64,000 nt of DNA, from assembly GCA_020891255.1 (NCBI GenBank), contig BQFW01000002.1, positions 3,906,001 through 3,970,000 of the forward strand. The letters are read 5' to 3'. The notes beneath the pieces were generated by a model. That model was not told the DNA's origin. It searched no databases and saw only the letters and a list, made by a program, of their open reading frames with translations. Positions 1 to 14,800 of the stretch are shown here, one piece after another; positions within the stretch are counted from its first letter, which is position 1; each line of letters begins with the position of its first letter. The stretch comes from Entomortierella parvispora E1425. Lineage: Eukaryota; Fungi; Mortierellomycota. The position numbers and the translations under genes were made by a program.

Positions 1-35
1 CTGACAGTTGTATATTATGTCTACGTTCGATGTAG

Positions 36-1267
36 CTAAACCATCGCCCGAGAAGGTCACAGTGGACGCTGCGGATCTGCCTCCTCCACCTGTAACGACC
101 TCGCCTTCTCCTGCGCCGGTTTCAAGCTTTGATTCAAGACCAGGCTCAGTCTCACCTCAGGAGCAAGAGTTATACATCAATGGCCAGAATATTGCTCATC
201 ATCAACAGCAGCCCAATGTTGTAGTCATGAACAGGAAGTCATCAACCACAATGGTCATGGATGAAGGCAAGGATCCAGCGCTGGAAGCTCTTCTTTCAAG
301 ATTGCCATCCAACTGGACAGATTCCAAGCTCAAATGGCACTCTGGAGCTGTCGAGATCTCGGCTCTGTCATCGCGCCACCCTGTTGAGATTATGTTCGAG
401 ATCAAGAAGGTGATCCTGCGCCTAGGTATGGAGTTCCGTGTGGATTCGGACTTCAAGGTCAAGTGTGTTCGTCGGAGACGACTGGGCGAAGGCCAGACCC
501 ATGCTCAGCAGTCGCAAGAGAGGGCCTTGTTCTCGATGGGATCGAACCAGGATGATAGCGTCAGTGTCATGTCAAGCAACCTGTCTATGGATCGTGAAGC
601 CTGGACTTCGGCCAAGGGCGGCAGTGGACCTTCCTCCAATGGCAGAAAGAAGGGTGGTATCCGAACTCTTTTGTGGCGTAACAGCAACTCTCTTGGATTG
701 TCGTCCTCCCCTCCACCACCCGTTCCTCCACTTCCCTCATCTCCACGACAGCTGCCCCAGGTGATGAATGGATCCAGCCTCGGATTGGCTTCGCCTCCTA
801 TGATTGGTGCTACTGCGACAAGGGAAATCGATTCCGACCATGGCATTTGGGTCAGCTCTGGCAGTGCAGGCAATGCGGGACTTGGCCTAAGCATTGCCCA
901 ATCCTCCCAAGGAAGTGCCGGATCTTCTGCAGGAGAGACCATTGCTCCTGCCAGTGTTCCCTCACTGGCTTCCAGCTCTACTTTGGCTACCACCATCGGA
1001 GCAGCCACCATGACTGTCAACACTGGACCCGAGCCTCTGTATGGCGAGGAGTCCATTGATTCTGGAGAGGAGGTTCGTTTCTCGATCGAGCTCTGCCGTA
1101 TCCGTAACTTGACGGGCATTTACTCTGTCGACATTCGCCGTATGAAGGGCAACCTGTGGGCGTACAAGTTCCTGTATCATGCTGTCCTCAACACGCTGGA
1201 TCTCAATGGCAAGGGAGGTTACATCCCCACTCTACCGGAGAGTCTCAAGGTCGTTCAGGCGCCTTAA
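36..1267 (+). CDS. 3' part of a Kin1/MARK-family Ser/Thr kinase (C-terminal KA1 domain); gene starts upstream of the window
   Basis: KA1-like segments RHPVEIMFEIKKVILRLGMEF..FKVKCV and EVRFSIELCRIRNL..YSVDIRRMKGNLWAYKFLY. Putative branch point CTGAC at 1 and acceptor TGTAG ending at 35. Confidence 0.8.
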
Positions 1268-1560
1268 AGGTTCTACCTCTTCGTTTCATCTCTCTTTTTT
1301 TTCTTTTTATTTTTACTATACCATCCATTTCTATTCATTAATATCGACTTTTCGACCCATTGTCATCTCCACCTATATCCGTAATCTTGCCTGTTTGTTC
1401 TCTTTCAAATGATCAAATCGTCCTCAAAAAAAACCCCCCATCTCCAAAAACCAAACAACCCAAAAATGAAACGACTTTTTTCCCCCCAAAAAAATATCGC
1501 AGACCGTATTCGTAATAAAAAAAATGCTCCAGTTTTTTATTGTTCTTTCTGGACACCCCA

Positions 1561-3249
<1,689 letters not shown>

Positions 3250-3776
3250 GGTGAATGTTAATGTGTGGAAAGAGAATGATGAGAGAATTAAAAGGAGAAT
3301 GAAGGATTGAGGTTGAGAGCCTTTTTTTTTCGAGTCGGGTTCCTTTTTATCCACTAGGTCAAGGTCACCCTTGTGGATGTTTCCACGCCCTCCACCGGCC
3401 CCATCGCCCTTTCCACGTCGCCTTACCCTCCTCCGTTCGATCGTCATTTTGTCTTTCCGGAAACCGGAAGTCGTCCTTGAGTTGAGCCGGGACGGAAATG
3501 AAAAAAAAAAAAAGGTTTTTTGTGGGCTGGGCAGAGCGCGTGTGAATCGCGTGCAAGCATCGTGGTGTGTCGTATCATGTTCCTTGAGTAACCAGCATTG
3601 TCGTCCAGAGCTCTAGTCCGTTTGTTCAACATCTACGATTTCTAGAAACAAAGATCATTGACACCAAATTTGCAGAGATGAAGGGTTTTAATAAAAGACT
3701 ATGGTACAATGTTCTAAAGGAATATGAAAATACATGGAGAGGGGAGATAAAAGATGGCCAGCAACTTGTGTCTTCT

Positions 3777-5676
3777 TTAAACAGCAGCAAAGGCCGCACA
3801 CTGGTCGACCGTGGCCTCAGGGGCAGCAGGCACGACCCAGCTCCTGATGGTGATGTAGAGCGTGAAGACCATGACCACAATGCCAAAGAGGCCCAAGATG
3901 ATATCCATGATCTTTTGCTTCCTTGTCTTTGCAATCTTGTAATGGAACATGGCTGGGAAGATGAAACACAGGGGCATGCAGGCGACCGAGCCCACGAACG
4001 AAACAAACTTGTCCAAGTTGTCGCCTCCGATACCAAAGGCCACCAGGGCACAAATAATGATCAACACGGTTCTCATTGCGTTCTTCAACATCTTGATCTT
4101 GAAGCTGTAAGCACCAGACTTCTCACCAAAGATACCGTGCTCCAGAATCCTGCTGGCGGGCGAAAGCATCAGAGGCACCGAGAGGATGATGGCGAGCGTA
4201 TACAACAACTCGACCGTGATCGTCATACCGTCGCGGACAGGCAAGTTCAACAACACGATTGTTTGAATCTTGTCACCAAAGCTGGAGTAGCAAAGAGCGC
4301 CGACAGAGCCAAAGATCAAGGTGACAATGGTCATGGTAATAGCCAAGACGCGAGGGAACTTTTCGGGTTCAGCCATGGACTCTGTGATGGGTATGATCAA
4401 GCCAATGCCCTCGAACGAGAAAACGGCTGTACCAATGAACAAGGCGAAATCATCCTCGTTGAACAAGCGAATGTTGGGTCCAGCTCCATGATGCGCCAAG
4501 TTGTTGATCGAGAAATACCAGAGATAGACGATGCCAAAGATAATAAAGACGTTGGCGAGCATGCTCGGCAGGGACAGGATGGCCATGCGACGGATCAGGA
4601 CCAGAGGGATCAAGACGACCAGAGGGATCAAGATGTAGTACTTTTCTGCGATCACGTGGAACTGACATTTGGTGAACGTTTGAACGACCGCAGACAAGTT
4701 CTGAGAGACAAAGATCAAGTAGGCGCAAACGAATCCGATCTGAGAGAGAGCTACGGCGAACAGGACCGTGAGACGCATCCATTTGCCGTACAAAGCAAGG
4801 CCCATGTCCTGAAAGTTTTCACGGACCACTAATCGAACTTTGACCAAGAGCAAGAAGGCGAAACAGCAGATGATGGCTACGGCGGCCAGAGTCAAGCTCG
4901 AGAACAAGATGCCTAGAATAAAAATAAAGGACAAAAATGATTAAATATCAAACCTCGAAGTTCCTGAAGTTGACGTTTTGTTTGTGTTTACCTCCATTCT
5001 TGAAAGCGTTGGGGAGAAAGAGAACACCGGTTCCAACAAAGGCCTTTCCGAGCAAGAAGCTCGCCTTTAGGGCTGAGACGTTTCCTTTTACTGGAGGCTC
5101 CTCTGATGTGATATTGTCATCCTCTTGGATATAAGTCGCAACACGAGATCCCATCGCTGGGCGAGAGGTGGTCGTCAGCTTCTCATTCGATTCACCACCG
5201 CCGACAAAAGAGGACCTTCTGGAGAAGGCACCGCCCTTCTCTGCGGTAGAGATAGAATCATCGCCGTGGCCAACAAAGGACGTTCTCCTAGAGCGGGCGC
5301 CTCCAAAGTTCTCATACATAGAGGTATAGTCCGAGTTGGCATGGACCAACCAAGAGACGGGGCGGGAGGGAGGTCTGGAGCTGGGACGGGAGGCGGGTCT
5401 GGAGCTAGGACGGGAGGCAGGCCTGGAGCTAGGGCGAGAAGCCCTTGAGCGGGATGTAGCTCTAGATCCTGGGTTGGACTGATTGTGATTTGAGCTCTTG
5501 GGCAGGGTAAAGAAAGAAGTGGTCCGGCCGCGAGGAAGGTCCTGCTGTGGCTGGAATGAGAGGTTGCGATCGACGCTAGCCGAGCTCACCATGTGTGCTT
5601 GGGTAGGAGCTTGTGGCACGGCGAGATGGTCTTCATCGCCTATAGGCTGTGGTTGTTGGTGTGGTTGATTGCTCAT
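3777..5676 (-). CDS. Vacuolar amino-acid transporter (Aa_trans, AVT3/AVT4/SLC36-like), 2 exons
   Basis: ASFLLGKAFVGTGVLFLPNAFKNGG, FALFIGTAVFSFEGIGLIIPI and many hydrophobic segments. Long disordered N-terminus with RPSSRPAS repeats. Confidence 0.9.
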
Positions 5677-7578
5677 GGCAGTTATGGGTGTATGGATGCT
5701 CGAGTATGAAAACAATAAAGAAGTAAGAGAAGAAACGTCAAAAAAACAACTGAAAGAGAGAGGAGAGCGTATAGGCTATCGGATGATGGGGAATGAAGAG
5801 AGAGAAAGAGAAAAAAAAAGATGGCCCTCCTTTTTATACACACGACAAAGGAGATGGACTGAAGAGATTCCTCCTTTGGACGATAACGATTTGGTCCCTG
5901 TGGGGTCCCTGGACACCTCAGGGACGCGATTGACTTGCTCCCTCAATGCTGTCATCCCTCCTGCAGCGGCCCTCATTTTACGGCGATGACCGCATCAAGC
6001 TGTCGACACGAATTGAGAGCAGTGGCCAGTGGTGGGGAGCCAGCTGTGGCCAATGGCAGCTCAAGGTCACCCTCTGCTCGGATCTTGGACCGTCGATCTG
6101 GGAAAGGAGCTTTGTTCCTGAAGAAAAAGACGGGGCCTGAGCAGGCAAAACAGGACAGACAGAGATTGAGTGCGGGGCGGAGAAGCGCAACAAGCTTTCG
6201 CTGCAAGCAGAGTTCATTCCAATCTTACGAGGTAATCTTCATATTTTACCTTCGTCTCGCAACCCCGGGAGCGGCACCTGAAGCAGATAGAGCACAACGG
6301 ATAACAAGTGCACATCATCACCATTCATTAGGTATACAATGGCTACTTGGTCATTGCGGAAGGGTTGTATGAACTATCTACTGTGCCTTTTTAGATCCTT
6401 AGCAGCGTGAGCTACCAGTGTTGTCGTCTACAAAAGAGGAGGGAGGGAGGAGGTCAGACATCACAAAACAATCCCATGTCTACCTGTGGGAGAGCAGAAG
6501 ACTGAGAAGAGAGACACCGATTTATTTTAATGGGCGAATGGACGAAACGGACGAACCATTAGTTCACCCTGCTGGCCACTCCTTACCCATGTTGAACTAG
6601 TGGCCCATGATCTCTCTCACCCTCACCCTTGCTCTCGCGTCCTCGTCCTTGTCCTCGCCCCGTCTTACTTTCCCCAAGGCCTTTCTGCCTCTTCACGTCA
6701 CCCTACCAATCTTCTTTTGGTGCTTGGATGTAGACGACCGTGTCTCAGTTGGAGAACGATTTGGTCGGGGGCGCACAAAAGGTTAGGAAAGTTGGCCTCA
6801 TTTCAGCGTGCAAAGGTCAAAACGGCCGTTCGCAAAAGTCAGAAGGATCGATGATGATGGCAAATAATCAGATAAATTACAAAATCGGGGTGGAGTTTTC
6901 TGCAGCTGGAGGCATCCAATGGGAGAAGGCCAATGATCGTGACCATGGCTATTTTCAGGTTCCGCGCCCTGAAAATGACGTTCAAGAGAACAGGGCACCC
7001 ACTTTCAGCCCCTTCACCACCTATACAGAAGATCACCACGGGGAGAAGAGCAGGAGCAGGGGGTCAGCAAGACGGCAGATCAATGGCAGCACGACTGCTC
7101 TTCTAGAAAAAAAAAGGGCCCATTTTAGAAAAGCCAATGACGACTTCCTAGAGAAAGAACTGTCCAGGGCCCATCGCAGGTCTATCAGCACCGTTATTCT
7201 TATCAACAGCCAAGCACAAAACATACCTTGCATCTACATCGTCGTGCTCTCTTTTTATTTTTTTAAAAAAAAAAAAAAAAAAAAAGCTTTTTTGTTTTTT
7301 GTTTTATTTGAGAACGAGAAGGAGAAAGGAAAAGTAAGAAAGATGTCTTTATTTTTGAGTGGAGACGAGAAGGACAGGAAGAAAACCACCAAGGGTATAG
7401 GTGAAGATGAATAAAGAAGAAGGAAAAAAGGGAGGAAAAAAAAATAAATAAGAAAGATAAAAGTAAATAGGATTTTAGATAAGCAGCCATGGGAAAGTAG
7501 TGTCTAGGAGGAACAATAGATCAGTGGGCATCAATTCGGAACGAGGGAAAGGGAGGAAGGGAAGGGAAAGCACCTCGA

Positions 7579-9876
7579 TTAGAGGTAATGGATGCTGCCC
7601 TTCTGACTCTGAGGCGATCCCGATCCTGTGGTTGTATTGAACGGGTTTCTTCCAGAGTGACTACCATCACCGCCTGCAGAGCCAGAGTGACCGGGTGCAC
7701 TTCCACCGCTGGCACCATAGTTCGACGACGATGTTGCCTCACGACCATCTGAGGACGACTCGTGGTATCCATCATGGGCATGCACACCTGCCAGACCGGC
7801 CGATGCACCAATAGCAGCGCTCGTTCCAAAAGCCATGGGTGCCGAATGCAAGTTGTGGTTCGATCGGTTAGCTGGATGCTCCATCATCTCGGGTGCAACC
7901 ACAATATGACCAGCAACGGGCGCGCCACCAGGCAAATTGCGGGCCGAGGCGTGCGAACCATGGGATCCAGAGCCCTCTGGCTGACGCTGACCATACAAAT
8001 AACCGAGATCACCACCTGCACCAGCGCCAGCGCCGGCGGCCGCAGATCGAGACACGAACCGGTTGTTGGGATTTTGCATGCGACGCGACTGGCGCTTGAA
8101 AATAACAAAAGCTCCAACAATCAACGCCACCAATGCCAACGCTCCAACAACCACGCCCGCAGTGGCACCACCACTCCAACCACTCGTTTTGCTGGTGTCG
8201 TTACCAGACACTCCGCCGCCATTCGATCCAGGTCCGTTGGTTGGAAGTCCACCTCCGATTGTGAACAGCGTGCCGCTGTACATGGTCACGATAAGCGAGG
8301 TCTGGGTCAAGATGGGCTGTGTGTCTGTGGCACTGGAGATAGGGATCAGCACCGACTCGGTTGTCGGGACAATTACATCTGTAGTAGCGCTGAACGAGGG
8401 ATCAAGTGTAGCCGTGATCACAGGAGGAAGCGTCACGGTGGGCTCGATGGACGAGAGCGGGTTCGTGGTCACTGGGGGCTCTGTTGCACTAGCTGTGGGA
8501 GGAGCTGTGGCAGTCTCTGTGGGAGGAGCTGTGGCCGTTTCCGTGGGAGGGGCTGTGGCAGTCTCCGTAGGAGGAGCAGTCGCAGTTTCCGTAGGAGGAG
8601 CAGTGGCGGTTTCCGTAGGAGGAGCAGTGGCGGTTTCCGTAGGAGGAGCAGTGGCGGTTTCCGTAGGAGGAGCAGTGGCGGTTTCCGTTGCAGGAGCTGT
8701 GGGGGATCCTGTGGCAGTTTCCGTAGGAGGAGCTGTGGGAGATCCTGTGGCAGTTTCCGTAGGAGGAGCCGTGGGGGAACCCGTAGCAGATCCAGTGGGG
8801 GGAGCCGTGGGAGATCCAGTGGCGGTTTCCGTGGGAGCAACCGTGGGGGACCCAGTGACGGTAGGCGCAACTGTTGGTGATCCAGTAGCGGTATCAGTGG
8901 ACCCAGTGACGGTGGCGGTGTCTGTGGGTGCAACCGTAGGGGATCCGGTGATGGTTGGCGAGCCCGTTGGTGCAACTGTGGGAGATCCCGTAACAGATGC
9001 GGTATCCGTGGGTGTAACTGTAGGGGATCCAGTGGCGGTCGCAGTATCCGTGGCGGTTCCAGTGACAGTTCCAGTGACGGTTGCAGTATCTGTGAGAGTA
9101 CCGGTGATGGTTCCAGTGACGGTCGCAGTGTCCGTGGCGGTTCCCGTGATGGTTCCACTGACGGTTCCAGTGACGGTTGCAGTATCTGTGAGAGTGCCGG
9201 TGATAGTGGCAGTTCCCGTCAAGGTTCCTGTGCTTGTCAAAGTCATGGTCGAGTTGGTGGTGGCTGTGATGGTGGTGGTGACATTGGTCGTACCGGTGAA
9301 GGTGCTTGTGATAGAAATTGGCGATGTGAGGGTTTGGGTCGTAAGGGAGGCCTCAGTGCGGGTGGCTGTGGGTGTAAAGACCGAAGCCGAGTTGGTTCCC
9401 CCGGGGGCGACTCCATTAGTAGGTTCAGTGGTACCAACATCAGGGTCGACAGAGTCCGAGGCCTTGGGTGGGTCTGTACCATCCGTGGGCGTGGGTGTGG
9501 GTTCAGTGTCGACATTGTCCGAGGCCGAGGGTGTAGGAGCATCGGTATCGTCCGTTGGCGTAGGCTGTGAAGAGTCAGTGCCGTCCGTGGGCGTGGGTTT
9601 GGATATGACAAAATCGTCATTGGTCTTTGGGGGTTCAGTCTCCGTGACCTTCACGACATCATCATCGGACGAAACGTAAGTCTGCTTTGGCTGCTTTTGA
9701 GCGTGGGATGGAACACGGACCTCACGGGTCTTCTTTGCAGCCTTGGGGGTTTGGGGATCATGGGCTGGGGGAGTGGTCTTTGTAGGGGCGACCAGTTTTG
9801 AGCGGAGGACTGAGGCCGAGTGCTCAGCTCGACGGCGCACTGCGCCAGGCTCCCTGACCTTGACAGGAAGCGACAT
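7579..9876 (-). CDS. Thr/Pro-rich mucin-like single-pass membrane protein (Mid2/signalling-mucin-like architecture)
   Basis: 765-aa ORF with a T/P-rich repeat ectodomain, TM segment GATAGVVVGALALVALIVGAFVIF followed by KRQSRR, and a Gly/Ser-rich tail. The 5' end is uncertain. Confidence 0.8.
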   Translation of the reverse strand: MSLPVKVREPGAVRRRAEHSASVLRSKLVAPTKTTPPAHDPQTPKAAKKTREVRVPSHAQKQPKQTYVSSDDDVVKVTETEPPKTNDDFVISKPTPTDGTDSSQPTPTDDTDAPTPSASDNVDTEPTPTPTDGTDPPKASDSVDPDVGTTEPTNGVAPGGTNSASVFTPTATRTEASLTTQTLTSPISITSTFTGTTNVTTTITATTNSTMTLTSTGTLTGTATITGTLTDTATVTGTVSGTITGTATDTATVTGTITGTLTDTATVTGTVTGTATDTATATGSPTVTPTDTASVTGSPTVAPTGSPTITGSPTVAPTDTATVTGSTDTATGSPTVAPTVTGSPTVAPTETATGSPTAPPTGSATGSPTAPPTETATGSPTAPPTETATGSPTAPATETATAPPTETATAPPTETATAPPTETATAPPTETATAPPTETATAPPTETATAPPTETATAPPTASATEPPVTTNPLSSIEPTVTLPPVITATLDPSFSATTDVIVPTTESVLIPISSATDTQPILTQTSLIVTMYSGTLFTIGGGLPTNGPGSNGGGVSGNDTSKTSGWSGGATAGVVVGALALVALIVGAFVIFKRQSRRMQNPNNRFVSRSAAAGAGAGAGGDLGYLYGQRQPEGSGSHGSHASARNLPGGAPVAGHIVVAPEMMEHPANRSNHNLHSAPMAFGTSAAIGASAGLAGVHAHDGYHESSSDGREATSSSNYGASGGSAPGHSGSAGGDGSHSGRNPFNTTTGSGSPQSQKGSIHYL
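8495..8835 (-). repeat. Coding minisatellite: 24-bp units (APPTETAT) plus 36-bp variants (GSPTAPPTETAT)
   Basis: Repeated GGAGGAGCAGTGGCGGTTTCCGTA-like units on the + strand; repeats visible in the translation. Confidence 0.9.
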
Positions 9877-10104
9877 GGTTGGGCAGGGTGGTTATCTGTT
9901 ACCAGCACAGGGTTGTACACAGAAAATAAACATCAAAAAGAGCGCCATTGCGTTGTTTCTAGTTAGTCGAGGTTGTTTTTTTTTGCTGTCAGGCTGGTCA
10001 TGGTGCGTGTTTCAGCAGAGCGATTGTGGACGAGGGTGGCGGTGGTTAAAGAGAAGAGGTGAAGCACTGGATGGATGGGATGCATGGAAGCAGAGAGGAG
10101 AGAG

Positions 10105-10108
<4 letters not shown>

Positions 10109-10143
<35 letters not shown>
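10109..10143. repeat. (AG)n microsatellite
   Basis: Uninterrupted AG run. Confidence 0.95.
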
Positions 10144-10146
<3 letters not shown>

Positions 10147-10512
10147 CACAGGAGGAGAGAGACAAGGTCGGCTCGGGGAGCGAACGTTGTTGTGTAGAGT
10201 GTTTGAGAGAAGAGGGGATGAGACAAGTGGGAGTGAAGCAAGCAAAAAATAGGTGAGGCTGAAAGGGAGAGGGAGAAGTAAGCAAAGAAGAAGGAGTGAA
10301 TGGCTGCATGGAAGAGCAGGCATGGAAGAATGAAAAAAGGATGCGCGCGACCGTTGGAACGGCGTGAAGTAAAACAAGAGGGAACGAGTTCAGGCACAGG
10401 GGGAGAAAGGGAAATCACTCAGGGGAAAAAGGTCAGGAACAAGGATTTTGATAATTGGCGCGGTGTGGTTGGTTGGGTTGCAAAGGGGAAGAGGAGCGAG
10501 CGGGCTGGACGC

Positions 10513-10540
<28 letters not shown>
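10513..10540. repeat. (GT)n microsatellite
   Basis: Uninterrupted GT run. Confidence 0.95.
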
Positions 10541-10548
<8 letters not shown>

Positions 10549-11819
10549 GTATGTATGCTGCAATGGTGAAGTGCGTGTGTGTGTAAAGAGGTAGAAGGAA
10601 GGATAGCAAAGGAGGAGGAGGAGGAAGAAGGGTCGACGAGTCGAGGGAATGATTACCTTCTCCGGTTGCTAGGAGGTGGAATGGGGGAAGGAGACAGAGA
10701 GAGACAGAAAGAGTCTGGGTCCTCGTTTCTCTTCTTATTGTTTGAAGGTGGTGAGAGTGCAGATGAGTACGAGAGGGATGGCCACAATTGCAGAGGACAA
10801 TGATGGCAGGAATGGGGGCAGGGGATGGTGGCGAAGGAGGATGACGCGGGAGAAGGAGGAGGAGGAGGGGTGGAGGGATGGCGTGAAGAAGGGAAAACAG
10901 AGGAAGAGTGAGAAGAGGGGGGAAGGAAGGGAAGAAAGAGTGCCAAAGGGCAGAAAGAGGCCGACCAGTCGGGCTGGGGTATAAATAACACACGGGCGAG
11001 GAATGGGATTCTTGTCTGTTTGAGTGTGGTGTGTGTTTGTGCCCTCGGAGAGGGGATACGGCAACAGCAGCAGCAACAGCGACAGCAGCAGCAACAGGCA
11101 CCAAGAAGGTCGAGGCAGGGCAGTGCGCACAAGATTCTGCTTCTGTTCATTGCGAGTGGAAAGACATCAAAAAAAAAGAGAGCGGAGGGTTGAGAGCAAT
11201 TTGAGCCCTGTGCATGGTTTTTTCTGTTTTTCTCTCTTTCTTTGTTTTCTTGTGGGTGTCTGTCTGACTGACTGACTGGGAGACACTTTGTAGAGATAGA
11301 GACTGAGAGCGAGCTTGTTGGTGTGGTGATGATGATAGTCTTTGACTGGCATCTCAAGTATAGGATTGGCCCATCTCTCCTTCTCTGTCTGTCTCTCTCT
11401 CTCTCTTCTCGCTCATTAACTCTCTTCAAGTCTAGACTTGTCGGAAAGACAAAGATATTGCAGACCCCAGGACAGGGATCCAAACACACGGACGCCGCAC
11501 AAAAGGCAAAGCCTGCATCAAATAAAAAAAATAAAAAAGTGTAACAAGCTGAGTGTAAACCCCGGGGCGAAAGAGCTGCGGTGTAACCACTTCTTCCTAT
11601 CGTTGAGAAGCATGCACAAGGTCCTTCTTTTCATAGTATAGCTTTATAGCTTCTCTTCAACTATGGCATGGAAAGAGGAAAACTAGGATTGACAGAGAAA
11701 CAAAGAAAAAGAAAACGAACAAAGACGACTCAAATCGAGGCAAGGAAGAAGGGAAAGAAAGGAAAAAAAATGATGGGTTACAGAAACAATAAACGGTAGG
11801 TAGGAGGGAGAGAACGACA

Positions 11820-14800
11820 TTACGCCAGGTTCATCTTGCCCACTCGTTCCTCCATGTCGTCGATATCAAAGTCTACGTCGTGCGATGCCGATTTGGACGA
11901 CTCATAGTACGAGTCCTTCCCGTAATGACCCCCTTTAGAATGATAGTCCAGATCATCCTCCAGTTCTTCATCAAAGTCCTCATCTGACCCATATCCATCT
12001 GCCCGCATCGTTTGCTGATGGCCACCATTACGACCTCTAGTTCCAAGAGGTCCCGGCCTCCTCTCCGAGAAGAATGGCCCAAACCCATCATTCTCGGGTC
12101 CAAACTCGAAAAAGTTCTCCAAAATAGTTTCCACGCGCTTCTTCACCGACGACCCAAGGTTCAAGCTGGGTGACGGTGCATGACTTGAGGTCTCGTCCAG
12201 GTCGAATCGCAAGTGTTGGAGAGGACGTGGAATCATCTTGTTGTTGTCCAAGTAACGAAGTTGGGTATCATTGGGTGACTGGCCTGAAGAAAGCTTCAAG
12301 AGTTCCAAAAGGATCAAGCCTCCTTCACAGTCGTTCACCCATATCTTCATAAACTCCTCCTTGGGGTGGTGCTCGTTGCATCGGAGCACATTAAAGACGA
12401 TATCCAATAGCTTTGTCAAAAGTGCCGGATGTGAAAGACCAAGTGCCGGGAGGACATAGTGGGCCTTTCGAGTCTTTCGAGGATCTACCAATTGCGCAAT
12501 GGATGGCAAAAGATCCAATCGATACACGAGATGTCTGTACAAGTGCAGAATAAAAGGATACAGTTAGTTTTGAAAGATGTTTGTGCCCACAAGAAATTGC
12601 GAGGGTGACAACATGGCGCTGCTATTACCCTGTGATCTCCAAGTCAAGGACGCTCGTAGCATTGCTGACCACCCAAGCGGCCTCTCGCAAAACACGCCAG
12701 TCACCGCCTTCCTCGCGAGTCTCTTGTCCGTCCTCTGGGTCTTCCCCTCCGATGTCACCTCGCTTGAGAATCTCCAGAACTCGACTCATCACGTTGCCAT
12801 TGTCCTGTACAGTGACTTCCCGCACTTGATCGGCGGTGCCTGCTGTAATGTTGGAGATGCCAAGAAGAGCGTCTCTGCGGATTGTACTATTCCGATGGGC
12901 CAACAACTCCAAAGAGCCAAGAACGGGGATGGCATTCGCATCAATCAATAGCTGAGTATGATGCTCTGGTCCAGATGCAATGTTGATGAGGGAGCGAAGT
13001 GACGGCACTTGAATCGTGGGATGTGGTTCACTATTGAGGAGCAAACCAAAAGGCTGATCAGATATTCACTCGGGTCATTGATTCAATTCCTCTTCGGAGA
13101 TATTACCTCAAGAGTGCCACAAAACGAGAGCACAGTTCATGGTCTATAACAACCGTTTCCAGATTCATCTTGTGCGTGCCGTTGAGAATTCGGCACATTG
13201 CCCAGCTAAAAACGCAAGAAAATATACCCATTTAGCCACCATTTTAATGTCTACACACTCATCCCTTCATCCACACCCTACCAAGTATCGGCCAAAATTT
13301 CCGTGTCGTCAATATACATGAGGCGTCGCAACATTGGGAAGGCTGGAGAAACCTATGACAGTGATGATATCGGCAAAAAGGATGAGTAACGCAGTCGTCG
13401 CTGTCTCTTAAAAAGACTCGAGGGAAAATAAAGCGGTGGAAAAGCTAGACTTCACCTGCAACCACTCTGGCGCACATCGACCACTGCCTCGGCAAAGGTT
13501 GGAAACGCACCAAACTGCGATTCTCAGAATCATGTACTTTTGGTCCTTTGCAACTGAAGGATCCTCACACATCTCAATGAGAGACAAGATCACTTCAAGC
13601 GCCCCAGATCGTAAGATGAGATCCCTGTATGGAGGACCGTCGCCCGAAATGTTTCCAAGCGCCCAAATCGTCTAAGTTGTCAAATGAATTTGTTCATTCC
13701 AGTAAATGATCAGCAATTTCTCAGGAACCAATATCTCTCAAATCCATCACCATGCTCCTGCTGATTTCCTGTGCATACCTGAGTCTGGACATGGATACAT
13801 CTGGAAACCCGCAAGTTGTGGATCAGCGGCGTCAAAATACCAGCAGCCACCAGGCGCTCTGTTTGTGCAGTGGTTCCAGCCTAACAAAAAATGTCAACAA
13901 AAAAAAAAGCGATAACGTGATATTAGCGAAAGGTGGTTTGCTGCTGCTACGACGTGCCTGGTCACGGAAGTCCTTTTCCCGTAAAACCTACCGCGATGTT
14001 TGTAACGACCCACGCGGTCTCATACTATGAACAGAGATGAAAAAGAGGAGTGAGTATTCCAACAAGAGGTCTTAACGCCAGTGTGATCATGGATGGGGTT
14101 CCGTCTATACCTGAAGATCAGGGCAGTCGCTCATGTTGAGAAAGCTGATGAAGAAGTGAGTGCATTCTAACGCCAAGACATTATCGATTCTAGGCAGGAC
14201 ATCCTCTGAAGGGAGTTGGAAAGGAGATGGGGAGAGTGTGAGCAACCCTTTAAAAAAAAGTAAAAGAAAAAAAACTTCCGTGCAAGTCCAGGCCCAGCAA
14301 GCACGTAAAAACATACGCAAAGAAAGATATTTTCGGATGCGGACCATGGCCAACTGTTGCTGTTCGCGGACACCAGAGGCCAACAGATTGTAGAGGGGTT
14401 GTGCAAAAGCCGGAAGCTAGATACAGCATGAGGAATGAAAGCGCCACAAGGCAAGGTGAGTAACAGAAGTGGTTGCAATGCGCACGCTTCTGTAATTTCT
14501 TGTTTTGTTTTTTTTTCTTTGCTTTTTGGTAGCGTGTTCGATGCCATGAAGAAAGAAAGAAAAACACATCCATGACATAGCTCGGCAGGGAGAGTACGGT
14601 GTCGAATCCTCCTCCCCTTGGCGGAGCTTATCGATGACGCGCGCGTTTTGCTTCACTGCTGCTGCTGTATCAGAAAACGCGCGTTCGTTCACTCGTCCGT
14701 TCGTTCATGCGCGACTGATTGAAGAAACCAAGAGAAAAAGAAGAAGAAAAAACGCAATTCGCAATTTACCATGGTCGAGATGTCAGACAGGTTCATCTCG

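Noticed and set aside
340-1200. Long low-complexity insertion splitting the KA1 domain
   Set aside because: Such insertions are common in fungal Kin1-type KA1 domains; not unusual.
3678-4832. 384-aa + strand ORF
   Set aside because: Antisense shadow of the amino-acid transporter exon; no recognisable motifs.
6740-7414. 224-aa + strand ORF in the 5.7-7.5 kb intergenic region
   Set aside because: No domain signal; it runs through poly-A/poly-T tracts typical of UTR or intergenic DNA. Left unannotated, but a small gene or lncRNA cannot be excluded.
7762-9679. 372-aa and 538-aa + strand ORFs (Val/Gly/Ala- or Arg-rich)
   Set aside because: Antisense readings of the mucin repeats, which lack stop codons because of their composition.
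14417-14700. Extra importin-alpha exon (MNERAFSDTAAAVKQ...)
   Set aside because: No acceptor gives a phase-0 open frame; exon 1 splices cleanly to the LPAFAQP exon, so this is treated as intron.
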